Shown here in pieces: positions 12,601-24,010 of a stretch of DNA of 64,000 nt. Each line of letters starts with the position of its first letter. Position 1 is the first letter of the stretch. Source of the DNA: Isurus oxyrinchus (lineage: Eukaryota); NCBI GenBank assembly GCA_026770705.1, contig JANJGN010000047.1, positions 4,216,001 to 4,280,000 on the forward strand. Reading direction: 5' to 3'. Under the pieces are notes generated by a model. The model saw only the letters and a program-made list of their open reading frames with translations. It had not been told where the DNA came from and made no database searches. The position numbers and the translations under genes are program-made.

Positions 12601-15600
12601 TCGAGATACGTGCAGGGGAGAGAAAAAGCTGTGTACAATTGATGTTCATAAGTAGTTTAGGTGGAACGATGAATACAAAAAAGTTCAGTTGAGGTTGAAA
12701 CAGGGCACACAGCACTGAGCACACAATACGTGAACTGCAAGCCAAAATATCGATGGAATCAGGTGTAGGAATATTTGAAATCTTTGTGCACTCCACATTA
12801 TAAATTTCAAGTAATTAGAAAAACATGGTCTCAACTATAGAAACAGTTACCTGTCATAGTCAAGTGATTTGTTCTATTACTTTTGCTGGATAATGTCCAA
12901 TAGTTTCAATTTGTGTTATGACATAAATGCGTAATCGAATCCTCTTAATAAAGATTGTCTTCTTTGGATCAGAACACAAACAGTTAAGGCTGTCAGACGG
13001 TGGAAGCCCATGTGCAGGCCGAGTGGAGATTTACTATAACGGGACCTGGGGCTCAGTTTGTGATGATTCCTGGGATCTGACAGACGCTGACGTCGTTTGC
13101 AAACAGCTGCATTGCGGAAAGGCTTTGGACGTGACACTTCCTGACTCTTGCGGAGCAGGCTCAGGTCCAGTTTGGTTGGAAGGCTTGGAGTGTTCAGGGG
13201 AGGAATCGTATCTCTGGCAATGTCCTTCTGAATATTGGGGTGCCCACGACTGTTCTCATAAAGAAGATGTGAAGATCATGTGCTCAGGTAAGGGTGACGT
13301 AAATGCAATTATTTCCTTCATACGAGAAGATTCAGACAGATGGAATTTTACTGAATGGCCCAGAAACTGTACATCAACTGGTCATTCTGCTCAATGCGTC
13401 TGACTGCTGCTTATTCTGCTCATAATCCTACATCATTTCATGTGGTCTGAGCTGTATTGCACTCTGTATTTTCCCCTCGTGCCTTTATCAAACGTCACAT
13501 TCAAGGCATCACCACAATTCGCCCCCACTAAATGTACATGTTCCATGTTCCACATTCTCCTTCTATCTGGGTAATAGAAAGCGAAACAGAAAATCTCCTA
13601 AATCCCAATTTGTTTGGCTCTTGTGTTTCTTTGTCCGAAAAAATCACGACTTTATTCTAATCAGCATTGAAATAATTTCAGCATTGACAAGCCTATCCTG
13701 CTGTCTCCGACCGTCTTCCTGCAGTTAATGGAACCTGTCTTGGTATTACCTGCAAACCGTAGTGCATTTTGAACATTTACTTCAATTCCAAATACCAAAT
13801 GTAATATGTTAATCTGAAACAGACGTGAGCCCCAGCAATAATCCATGTGTACAGCACGCCCCAATTTCTGCTATTATATATGAAATCCTGCGTTGTCGCT
13901 TGTTTGCTCTTCTATTAATACTGTGCCGGCAATTTCATTTCCCTGTTCTCAGCCTTAATGCAGCTGTTTGAAAACTTTTTGAAAGTTATTGTTTTCAAAA
14001 TCCATGTGGATTACATGGACATTATTATCTCCACATAATCTTTCTGAAACTTCCTCAAGTAATTCAATGAATTGGAAGATCTATAGTTCGCTCTTTTGAA
14101 ATCTGTGTTGATTATCATTGATAATATAATTGGATTGTACATGTATCACTGTTACATTTCTGGAATAATTATCTCTATTCAGTGAACACCTCTGGCACAA
14201 CTTGGGTGGAGGGGGCACTGTTGACATGATTCCATTTATCACTGGAAACATCTGGAGATTTCTTCTTTCATTGATAGAACACAAAGCGTTGCGGCTGGTG
14301 AATGGAAAGCATCGCTGTGAGGGGCGGGCGGAAGTGTTCTACAATGGGATCTGGGGAACAGTGTGTTCGGAAGCACTGGATCGCCATGATGCTGAGGTGA
14401 TCTGTAAACAGTTACAGTGTGGCCCCCTGGTTTCTATAGACTATACCACTCAGTCATTCGGAGAAGGATCCGGACCTATTTGGCTCGATGAAATAGAATG
14501 TATTTCACACGAGTCGACCATCTGGCAGTGTCAGACAGACCAGTGGGGACAACACAACTGTAATCACAAAGAGGATGCAGGCGTTTCATGTTCAGGTAAC
14601 AAAACAAACCTTCCAATGTGCGAGTGTTATTTCATTCATTGATGTCCAAATGAGTCAGCACGTTTCTTTCCTCAACAGGAAGAAAGATAACGAAGGGCCA
14701 GCCCAAAAGTGAAAAGGATTGTGGTCGAGAATCAGGTGATTGCTCCACTTTAATAGATCAATTATCTGAGTTGTCTACCTGTATTTTTGTGCAGAAATAA
14801 TAGTGATTGATTATCTTTGACAGATTCAGATGTAGGTTTGCGCCTGATTGGAGGTAACACCAACTGCTCCGGGCGAGTGGAGATAATGTGCAAAAACAAC
14901 TGGAGCACAGTGTGTGATGACTCTTGGGATATGGCCGATGCCAATGTTGTCTGCAGACAGCTGCATTGTGGCTCTGCTCTATTGGCCACAGCAGGGGCCA
15001 CTTTTGGACAGGGTGGAGGTGACATGTGGTTTGATGAGGTGAGGTGTACCGGAAGCGAATCCTTTCTCTCTGATTGTCCTTCCTTAGCGTCTGCTCAAAC
15101 TGACTGTGATCACAAGGAGGACGCCAGTGTGATTTGTTCCGGTAAGGGTATTGCAGAATGGTGCGAGTAGGGGCCCGGAGATTGGCGGTTGGTGATTGTT
15201 TGCTGAATACGTCTCATGAATTTGTAAATGATGAAAAAGAGATGACTTTCTAAGTTAAAGTTCTATATTTTTTGTTTAATAACCCATAGGTCCAGAGTTG
15301 TCATCGGCTGCTTTTCCATCCACACCCGCAGGTTGGTCTTATGATTAATGAGTATTCCTGTCAAGGCTAATGTTCAGAATGATCTGATATAATTGGCATT
15401 TGCTTGTTTTTATAAAGAAATTCTGAGGTTAATCTTAGTGTTTCAGAATGTTGGACCGTTTAACAATACAAAGCATCCTGTGTCCTAGTTGAATCTTTCT
15501 TTAACATTTCATTAAGGACATGAAGACAATATCACTTCCATCCCTCTTGTGATTGGTATAACAATCGGTATCCTGTTGATCTGTGAGTTCATCCTACTAA

Positions 15601-18600
15601 TTGTGGTAATGCGGAGGCAATCATCAAGGAAAGGTGAGGACAAACATTACCACTCACTTCACATTAAATCTCGGATATTTTTATTTTTTATTTCAATTTA
15701 TGAATGATATTTGAGACTCTCTGGCAGTCCTGCATTCATTGGCCATCCAAAATTGCCCTTGAGAAAGTGGTGATGAGATGACTTCTTGAACCGTTGCAGT
15801 CCATGTTGTATAGGTACACCACCGTACTTTTATGGAGGGAGTTTAAGGATTTGACCCAGCGACTGTGTCAGAACGGCGACAAATATCTAAATAAAAATAG
15901 TGACAGGCTTGGAGGGTGAATTCCAGTAAGTGGTTTTCCCATATCTCTGCTTCGCTTGTCATTCTCCTTGGTTGTTTATGTGGTTTTGGAAGGTCCTACC
16001 TAAGCAGCCTTACTGGATTCTTCAAGTGCATCTTATAAACAGTACACACTGCTGCCACTGTAAGCGGATGATGAATGGAGTGATTGGTTGTGGATATGGT
16101 GCCAAAAAAGCAGAAAGCTTTATTCTGGATGGCGGCAAACCTCTAGAATTTTGTTGTAGCTGCTCTCAAACAGGCAAGTGGATAATATTCAGGAACACTC
16201 CTGATTGTCCCTTGCAGACGATGGAAAGGATTTGCCTAGTTTGGTGTTGAGTTCCTCAGAAGGGTTTCTTGTCTCTTACCTGCTTTTGTCACCACATCAT
16301 TCTAATCACAAGCCCAGTTCAGTTTCTGGTCAATGGAAATGCCTGGGATGTTGTTAGTGGGGGAATCAGTGATGGCAATGCCACTGAATGTCAAAGGCTG
16401 ACAGTTGGATTGCACCTTGTTGTAGATCGTCATTTCCTGGCACTAGTGAGGCACGAATTTTACTCTCCACTATGAATGTCAGGCCTGGATATGGTCCATG
16501 TCTGACAGCATGTGGGCATGGCCTGCTGCAGTAGCTGAGGATTCGGGACTGGTAATAAACATTGTGCCATCATCAGTGGAAATCCTCACGCATGACCTTC
16601 AGATGAAGACATGGTCATTGATGAAACACATGAAGATCGTTGGTCCTAGCACGCTATGCTGAGGAGCTCCTGCATTAATGTCCAACTACTGAAGGATGAT
16701 TGACCTCCAACAACCACAATTCCCTTGTTCTATGCTCACTCTGACTTCAAGCAGTGAAGAATTTCCCCCTGAATCCTATTGGCTCCAGTGTTTTTTTTTC
16801 AGTGGCCTTCATGCCTCATACACTGGCGAGAATTCACTTTATTGCCCTTTTCCATTGAATGTCACTTGTCATGTTGGAAACTTATGTTAAGCAATTTAAC
16901 GAGAATTTTCGTTCAAAGTACTTGGTCAAACAGTGAAATGTGTCATTTAAATTGAAAAATCACTTGACTGTCCACATTTGCAGTCTAATTATTCCACCGC
17001 TGCTGCGTCTGAAGGTCAATCAATTGTTGCAGCCACAGATCTGAAGGTTATTTGAAGCATTTTAGACTTAGTGCCCAGTCATGACGTTTCCGTCATTCGA
17101 AGTCAATCCAATCAGTGTCCGTCCACTCCTTGAGTTTCCGTGCCCTGATGCCCATTCTCATTCTCCATAGCCAGAATCGATCCACAATTTTGAGATGTGA
17201 GACTTCGATGGGATTTTCAGCACCAATTTTTGAATATTGTGTACAATGACATAAGTAACTACTCTGATCTGAACAACCATCACACTCCTGTTCGATGCGC
17301 AAAGCAAATTAATTTTAATGTTGATGCGATACATAAAAGAAAGGTCAGCTCCTCACTCGTCTTTCCAACCTGATGCTCTCAGCAGAATCAATCATTTTTC
17401 CCCTGCTTCTCTTCAGCTAAAATCTCCTTGGGTCTCACGACAGAGTTTTCAGCTGAAATTGATTCCTCCCGGAAACGCCTTGTTTCGTCTTTTCCGACCT
17501 TAATTAAATTTCCCCTAGTCTGATGGAGTTGAACATGCTTCCATGCGGTTACCCACACATGCACACGCCCACACAGACACAGCCCCATGTACATAACGTC
17601 TCTCTCTCTGTCTCTCATTTTATCTCTCTCACACACACAGTTGGATACGCACTCTCTTGTAAAATAAAACGTACTTAACAAAAGATCATTCAAAGCCAGC
17701 TCACTGACTTTTTGCATTCACATTCACCATCTGTTTTGTGATATTATTTGAAAACATTTTAATATTCAGCAAAGTAAAATGCAACAAAATGTTAATCCCT
17801 CCGCATTGTCTCCATCAGCTTTTGCCACTGGCAGTTGGGCTTCACCAATTGATTTGTACCAAGCAATTTATGAAGAAATTGAAAATATACCACCTGTCAA
17901 GGATCCAGCTCTGACCCGTGGCTCAGGTTTGTAACTTCCATTGCAAAGCCAATACGCACTGGGGAACTCCATTTCCGTTTACCCCCGTTAAAAGTCAGGG
18001 CAATGAATGGGCCCAACAGGGATTCCACTCACTTTACTCATGTGAAAGTTTCCTATCTCCGCTTACTTTTGTTATGTGAGAAGAGTAATGAGCTTCTTAA
18101 ATTTCCCAAAATTCTGTGTTACCTAAAGCGTGCTTTGCCGTTTGGTGGAAAATAGCGATCAGATCAGTGTTTCCAACTTCCCAAGGGACTGCTCACTGCA
18201 TTCATTAGGTATCAGACTGACAAAATTATGCAAAGAGAGGATTATAAAACAGAAAATGCAATCCACTCTCATCAACTATGATAGCCTACAGGGCCGCTGA
18301 TCTCAGGGGCTGAGAATCATATTCGGGTATCATTTATCCAACATTATGAATATCTATAATGGAAAGAAAAACACATTCAAACTACTTTCAACAGAATCCA
18401 CGAGAACATTTTTCAATAACTAATAAGAATATGCTAAACACTGGGCCAAACCATTGGGAACAAGAGCACATGGCAAAAAAAGAAATAACGATAAGTTAGG
18501 GAAGAATAACAATGATGGGAAGAATTGTGGTGGCATGCAGGATAAGGGAGAACGTGAAGAAAGATGAAAAATGTAGTTATGGTGATAATAATGACTAGTC

Positions 18601-21600
18601 AATGAAATGATCGTGGATTGTCTAGCAAATTAGTAGAATATTTAACGGTACAAAGTAAGGGTAGGTCAATATGGCATGACAGTGTTCCAAAAAGGAACTG
18701 AAAGAATAAGAGCGGCATTCATGAAATATTAATTAACAACATTATTTTAGTATTCACCAGGGGTAAGAGGGCATGACTTTGGAAAATTAGATTAGGAGTG
18801 ACAACAATTCATTTAAAAAGAAAGTAAACAAAAAAAATCTTACCAAAAAATATCATTGGTCAGAATAGTTTGCATCCATTAATTACGGAAAGAAAATAAG
18901 ATAGCAGAGGCACATTTACAGTGGTCAAACAATTCATTTCAAGCAGTGGTAGTGCCACGATCCTGGCAGGTAACTAAAATTAAATGTGCAATTAAATATG
19001 GAGAAGAAAAATGTCCAGGACAAAAGATCCGTTGCCTGAACGTTGGTTGGAGAAAAACTTATTCAATTGATACAAAGGAGGAAAAGGGTACAAATTAGCA
19101 TCAAACGACTAAAATAGCAGCCAGCAAACACTCGATAATGGGAACTGTCACTTTAGGAACGTCAGCAAAATGTTCAAAAAGGTAACAGCATAGATAAGGT
19201 TAGCAGTGAGGACATACATTCTGTGGATTTGAAAAATAATTTTTGGAACTGTGCCCTTAACATACCGATGGATAATACAAGTACTTACATCTCAGCTATT
19301 GCCCAGTGGGTGTCAAATTTGCTTCTCATTCAATATCTTCTGGCATCCAGTTCCACTCCAGTACTTGCTCAGAAATATCAAGGAGACACTTGAGCAGCTG
19401 ATGCGCTCTTGGCAGTGTTCTCTTTCAGAGTCATTGTTTAAGTGGTGACCAAAATATCTTCTCCTGGAGAATTTAGACATGCCCTTGGTATACTGACAAA
19501 TATGTATATCTTGAACAAAATCACAAAGTCAGATTATCTGCTAATTAGTACATTGTTGTGGTTGCCCGTGGAAAGAATTTTTGTTTACAAATTGTCTGCC
19601 ACCTGTCCCATATTTCAATAGTGATGATACATCACAAGTGTCCATTAGCTGCAAACAGCTTTGGACATATGGTGATCAGGAAAAGCACTGTTTGCTCTTA
19701 TTCATTACATTTACATGGAGTCAAGTGACACCTATGGGAATGAGTAGCCTGCTGCCTGCAAGACAAGAAACAGAGAGTGTTATACAAGGTAGTTATGTAG
19801 GGGGAGGAAAGTGGGAATGGGTATTTAAAACGCATCACTGCTGGGATTACTGTTGTTATAAATTAATCTGAATGATTTAGATTTGGATGAAAACGATATA
19901 TTTTTCTAAATGTATCTAGTGACCAAATTGTGGTGGCTCGGGGCAGTGAAAGCATTTTAAAAACAGACATTAATAAATTTCCGACAAAGAACATACGATT
20001 GGCAAATGAATCTCTACATAATAATTATGGGGAATTTCAATCTAGTATAAAAAGTAAGAATTAATTTTCGATCTGTAACAATGAATCGGAATTAAATACT
20101 AAAATCGTTGAATGCAGGAGTTCAGGGAAACGAATAAAGAAAGAAAATCGATCCAGAATGATCAGGTTATAAAAAACCAAAGCAAACACTAATTTATTTC
20201 TGGATATTTGTCCTTGAATAACAATATTACTCTGTTGAACCTCGATCGAACATTAGTTCGAGGGAATTTGGAATATAATTTAGAGTTCTGACCAGCATAT
20301 TATTATAAAATATAGAGCAGGAGATGATGAGGCTCGCAGCACTTTACAAGAACGAAAACCGTGTTATGAGCAAAAGGAATCCAAAAATGCTGAAAATAAG
20401 GATCATAAAATTCTGGTCTCTTTTTGGTTCCATTGCCCATGAGTTCCTTTCTCCTCCGTCAAATGGTGCGGAATTTACGTCTCTGAAAATGAAAGGGAAG
20501 GGGAGTTTTGGGCAGGGGATTATTTATTGTAACCTCTACTCCAAAGGTCTGAACACTTCTTTACCGTGTGGAGACTATAATGATATAAACAATTGCTCCA
20601 AGAACCAAATTATTTTGTCCCCTTTCTTTAACAGTTTCTGCTTCCATTGTTTCGCTCAATGATATCGAATATTACACCAGCCACATTTTGGATTTCAAAA
20701 GTCTTGGATCGCAAACTCCTGACGAGAACTCATCCAGTATTCAGGGTGGGTAAAGTTTTACTTCCGACCGTCTCGTTTTCATCCTTCGCACTCAGTAATA
20801 TCAACAATCGAATGTGAAGTATTAAAAAGAACAAAAACACCATTAAGTTGCACGGACGATGATATCAGCTACTACAGTGACTTTAGATAAAAGCGCTTCT
20901 GAAATACTTTCAGGCTGATACAATATCATATCAAAATCATGTGATTGTACTCAATAATACAAAGGAGTGAAATGCTTTAACTTAGAGTACATATCATATT
21001 ATTAGTTTCATCACAAGGCCCAGTAACCTGCGAAATGTGCAATGCGCATGCAGGCTGTCGAGATCATTGGGTCAGTGAGACACGTGACATCAAAACATAA
21101 AATAATAATACTGTGACGCGAAATGTTCCAAAAATTATCCACACATTAAACGCCCTCCCCTGTTAGTGCAACTGAACCACTGTTCTCTCCTCGGAATGTT
21201 TTGTTGACAAGTCTCAATGTTATTCCAACTCTTCATTGTTAGCAATTAATCTCAATGAAAGTCGTTTGTTCCTCCCAGCTTTCCGTGATTACGACGATGC
21301 TGAGACTACAGACAATGATTCTAAGGGCGATCACTTGCTGCTGGACCGTGTTCATGATGATTTCGTCACACGGGAAAATACCGGCGGTGATATTTTAACT
21401 CTGGGTGAGACAGAGATTTATTTATCTTCTCAGACTGTCTCTCTGTATTGTTGGTGACTTTCTTATTCTCTGCTAATATCGGTTCTGAAATGACTGATAG
21501 TCCATTGGATGAACTGCGGAGTCTCTCACTAACGGCACATGCGCTGCTTGAATGGTTGGGTAGACAGGTTGTCCGAACTGTTGTGCGCTCCATCCATCAT

Positions 21601-23329
21601 CTCGACTTAGTTTATGCACGTTTGTGTTTGCTGGATTGCGGCCAACCGCGTTCTCAGATAAGTCACGGGGTTAGCTGACTGTCTTCAGGGATGCGTTGGA
21701 AACATCCCTGAATTGTTTTTCCTCCTCCTTCTGGGAGAAATCTGCCTCCTGCACCTCCCGCCACTGACTTCAGAGTAGATGATTTCTTGTGATTATTCCT
21801 TCCATCACCTGCTCACATTTGCGGTTTGAACTGGATCTCTTTAAAAGTCCATTCATATTGGCGATTGAACAAGGCTTTGTTAGGAGTATGCTCCTCTTGA
21901 GCTGATACCACTTATTTCTTGAATTTGTTGGATATGGGCGACACTGGCTTGGCCAGAATTTATTGCCCGAACACAATTGTCTTTGCAAAGGTGGTGGTGA
22001 GCTGCATTCTTGTAGCTTTGTAGCCCCTCTATTGTAAGTACCCGCGCAAAGCTGTTGAACACAGTTTTCCAGCATTCTGAGCCAGTGACACTGAATTAAA
22101 GGCAATAAATTTCCAAGTCAGAAAGGCTTGTGGCTTGGAGGGACATTCCAAATGTCGGTGATCTCGTGTATGCTATTCCCGTGTCCCACTAAATGGCCCT
22201 GGTCTGGCGCTCAGATGGTGCTGCCACAAGGGAGTTAGTGAGATTCTGCAGTACCTCCTACAGATGGTACACATTGATGCTACTGTTCTTCGATGTGATG
22301 GGAGTGAATGTTTGTGGAAGGGATAGCAATCAAGCAGAGTTCCTAGTTCCGTATGTTGATGAGCTTCTTGGGTGTTGTTAGTCGTGCAATCGTCCACTCA
22401 AGTGAAGAGTTTTCCATTAGGCTCCTGACTTGTGCCTTGTCGACTATGTACAGGTTCTGTGGAGTCAGGAGTTGAACTGCTCACCTCAGGGTTCCGAGAA
22501 TCTGACATGCTCTTGTAGTCAAAGTGTTTACCTGGCTATTCCAGTTGAATTGATGGTCAATTGTAAGCCCCACGATTTTGATAGCAGGGGATTCAGAGAT
22601 GACCATGCCATTAAATGTCAAGGTTAGATTCTCCCTTATGGGAGATGGTAATTGTCTGGCACCTTTGTGGAGTGAATGTTACTTGTCACATGTCAGCACA
22701 AGAGTGGATATTTTCAAAATCGTGCTGCATTTAGTCAAGGACAATTTCAGAACCTGAGCTGTTGTGAACGGTGATGATCACGGTGCAATCAACAGTGAAC
22801 ATTCCCTATTCTCACCTTCTGATGAAAGGAAGGTCATTCATGAAGCAGCTGAAGATGACTGGGCCGAGGGCACTAATCCGAGGAACTCCTGCAGTGGTGC
22901 CCTATAACTGAGATCCATGGCCTCCAAAAGCCACAGCCATTTTCCTGTGTGGTATATGTTACTCCAAGCAATGGCAAGTTTTTTTTTTCATTCCCTTGGA
23001 TCCCAAAGACTCCAGTTTCACTCGGGCTACTTGAAGCCACGCTGCGGTCACATAATGCCCTGATGTCAAAGGCAGTCACTGACCCCTCACCTTGGCAGTT
23101 CAGGTTTGTTGTCCATGTTTGAGCCAAGGCCGAAAATAATAATGAACCCATACTGATCGACACTGAGCAGGAGATTGCTAAGCATGAGTCTCTTCTGATT
23201 TTACTGATGATGGAGAGTAGACTGATTGGGATCGGGTTGGCTTTAGTCATTGATAAAATTAATGCTGTTTGCTGTGATTTTCTCATTTGTTCAGACCCCA
23301 AGCAGGAATACGTCGAGTGCTCAACATGA
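332..23329 (+). CDS. Multi-exon type I membrane SRCR group B receptor, CD163/WC1/SCART-like (5' end outside the window); join 332-646, 5745-6059, 7229-7543, 11692-12006, 12973-13287, 14278-14595, 14824-15141, 15290-15331, 15517-15633, 17819-17926, 20635-20745, 21279-21404, 23295-23329(?)
   Basis: Twelve exons bounded by ag/gt, all phase 1 and with lengths divisible by 3, splice into one open frame: 7 SRCR domains, linker, TM helix, Tyr-motif tail. The terminal exon is uncertain. Confidence 0.88.
5745..6059 (+). CDS. SRCR exon 2
   Basis: ttactcag|AT...TCCG|gtgagt; [49 protein letters not shown]...VGVSCS; 315 bp, 8 Cys. Confidence 0.95.
7229..7543 (+). CDS. SRCR exon 3
   Basis: aaacag|GG...TCAG|gtgag; [31 protein letters not shown]...ASVICS; 315 bp. 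Confidence 0.95.
7595..9270 (-). mobile_element. Decayed CR1-type LINE 3' region interrupted by a minisatellite
   Basis: ggccttt cagc...tccaccacatcttcaggcagtgcatttcagatc resembles the LINE 3' ends at 32060-32270 and 50460-50660; LINE-like sequence resumes after 8780. Confidence 0.65.
7745..8780. repeat. ~37-bp minisatellite, about 28 diverged copies (consensus cagtgcattgcagatcctcatccaccacattctcaga)
   Basis: Units start at 7765, 7801, 7838, 7875 and onward; explains the overlapping repetitive ORFs at 7803-8789. Confidence 0.92.
9320..9725 (+). mobile_element. Deu-domain SINE (SacSINE1/AmnSINE1-like), decayed
   Basis: ctggtcattatcacacg...tttgtgcga...ggctgcggcgttccttaaattgcaacagtg resembles the recalled Deu domain. 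Confidence 0.6.
11692..12006 (+). CDS. SRCR exon 4 (6 Cys; C2 and C7 absent)
   Basis: cttgtag|AT...TCAG|gtgaat; [50 protein letters not shown]...VGVLCS; 315 bp. Confidence 0.95.
12973..13287 (+). CDS. SRCR exon 5 (9 Cys)
   Basis: ggatcag|AA...TCAG|gtaag; [49 protein letters not shown]...[10 protein letters not shown]; 315 bp. Confidence 0.95.
14278..14595 (+). CDS. SRCR exon 6
   Basis: ttgatag|AA...TCAG|gtaac; [31 protein letters not shown]...[10 protein letters not shown]; 318 bp. Confidence 0.95.
14824..15141 (+). CDS. SRCR exon 7, membrane-proximal (9 Cys)
   Basis: tttgacag|AT...TCCG|gtaag; [50 protein letters not shown]...[10 protein letters not shown]; 318 bp. Confidence 0.95.
15290..15331 (+). 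CDS. Short Pro/Ser/Thr-rich stalk exon
   Basis: cccatag|GT CCA GAG...GCA G|gttggt; [14 protein letters not shown]; 42 bp, phase 1-1; not in the ORF track. Confidence 0.8.
15517..15633 (+). CDS. Transmembrane exon
   Basis: cattaag|GA CAT...AAA G|gtgag; [39 protein letters not shown]: hydrophobic helix followed by a basic stop-transfer; 117 bp. Confidence 0.92.
15700..16880 (-). mobile_element. LINE (CR1/L2 superfamily) 3' fragment
   Basis: attgcccttgagaaagtggtgatgag...cttcttgaaccgttgcagtcc; collinear with the copy at 21920-23290. Confidence 0.7.
17819..17926 (+). CDS. Cytoplasmic exon 1 (YQAI / YEEI)
   Basis: ccatcag|CT TTT...TCA G|gtttgt; [36 protein letters not shown]; 108 bp. Confidence 0.88.
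19380..19700 (+). mobile_element. Deu-domain SINE, decayed
   Basis: gattatctgctaattagtacattgttg...acaaattgtctgccacc...cattagctgcaaacagctttggacat; similar to 9560-9720. Confidence 0.55.
20635..20745 (+). CDS. Cytoplasmic exon 2 (IEYYTS)
   Basis: ctttaacag|TT TCT...CAG G|gtgggt; [37 protein letters not shown]; 111 bp. Confidence 0.78.
21279..21404 (+). CDS. Cytoplasmic exon 3 (DYDDAE)
   Basis: cctcccag|CT TTC...CTG G|gtgaga; [42 protein letters not shown]; 126 bp. Confidence 0.85.
21915..23285 (-). mobile_element. LINE (CR1/L2 superfamily) 3' fragment
   Basis: ggatatgggcgacactggcttggccagaatttattgccc...ggtggtggtgagctgcattcttg; same family as 15700-16880. Confidence 0.7.
23295..23329 (+). CDS. 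Candidate terminal coding exon ([11 protein letters not shown])
   Basis: ttctcatttgttcag acceptor; phase-1 entry gives a TGA at 23327-23329; AATAAA at ~23392 and ~23419. Confidence 0.45.
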
Positions 23330-23570
23330 AACATCAGGCTTTGCAGGACGTTGTCTGTTGCCTCCCAGCAGCACAACACAGCCCGGGCAAAAATAAACAT
23401 CATTTCTCTTTCACTCATAAATAAATAAATTCTAACTTCTTTATGGTGCTGTCCCACACCCACACACATGCTTACTCGCTTGTGCACAAACACATCAGGC
23501 ACCTGAAATGCACCCGCTCTCAGCCCATTATTAACCAATAATATGTTCATCCTAAGTGCATAACACTCAG

Positions 23571-23679
23571 GTTATTTTTGATTACGCCTTATCGGTTCCT
23601 CCCATTCCTGATATGTATGACAATGTCCTCTGTGAAACATTCACAAACCCGCCCAATCTGTCCCCAGAAAGCAGTGAGG
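23571..23679 (+). CDS. Candidate further cytoplasmic exon (YDNV), possibly no longer reached
   Basis: cactcag|GTT ATT TTT GAT...GAG G|gtattg; open only with phase-0 entry: VIFDYALSVPPIPDMYDNVLCETFTNPPNLSPESSE. Confidence 0.45.
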
Positions 23680-24010
23680 GTATTGCTCAAACTTTACAAC
23701 ATATACATTAAACTGGGAAAGTAATGCTTTATTACTGGCTACAAGCTTGTTCCGCATAGTTAGGGACTATGAAGCCCTCTCTGGTCTTTACCATATCATT
23801 ACATGGAGTTGTTCCGATGCTTTTAATGATGCGGAAATTATCAATGATAATTTGCTGTTTTTTATTTTCAATTCAACAAACAACAAAAAAAAACTATTTG
23901 ATTTGGAAATAGTCCGAAGAATAAAATGAATGCATCGCTTTCATTTAGATGATGGCGGAAATAGTTGCAACCCTCTCTCTAAAGCAATATTATTTTAACC
24001 CATCTTTCAG

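Noticed and set aside
21040-21090. tgcgcatgc (NRF1-like) and cacgtga (E-box) motifs in an intron
   Set aside because: Short motifs without a CpG island or other support; cannot be called regulatory from sequence alone.
23327-23329. TGA as a selenocysteine or programmed read-through codon
   Set aside because: No SECIS-like hairpin was recognised downstream and the context is not a typical read-through motif; a normal stop or nonsense change is simpler.
22873-23550. Longest ORF in the window (225 aa, minus strand)
   Set aside because: It mostly overlaps decayed LINE RT sequence ([10 protein letters not shown]) and the antisense of the SRCR tail; not a host gene.
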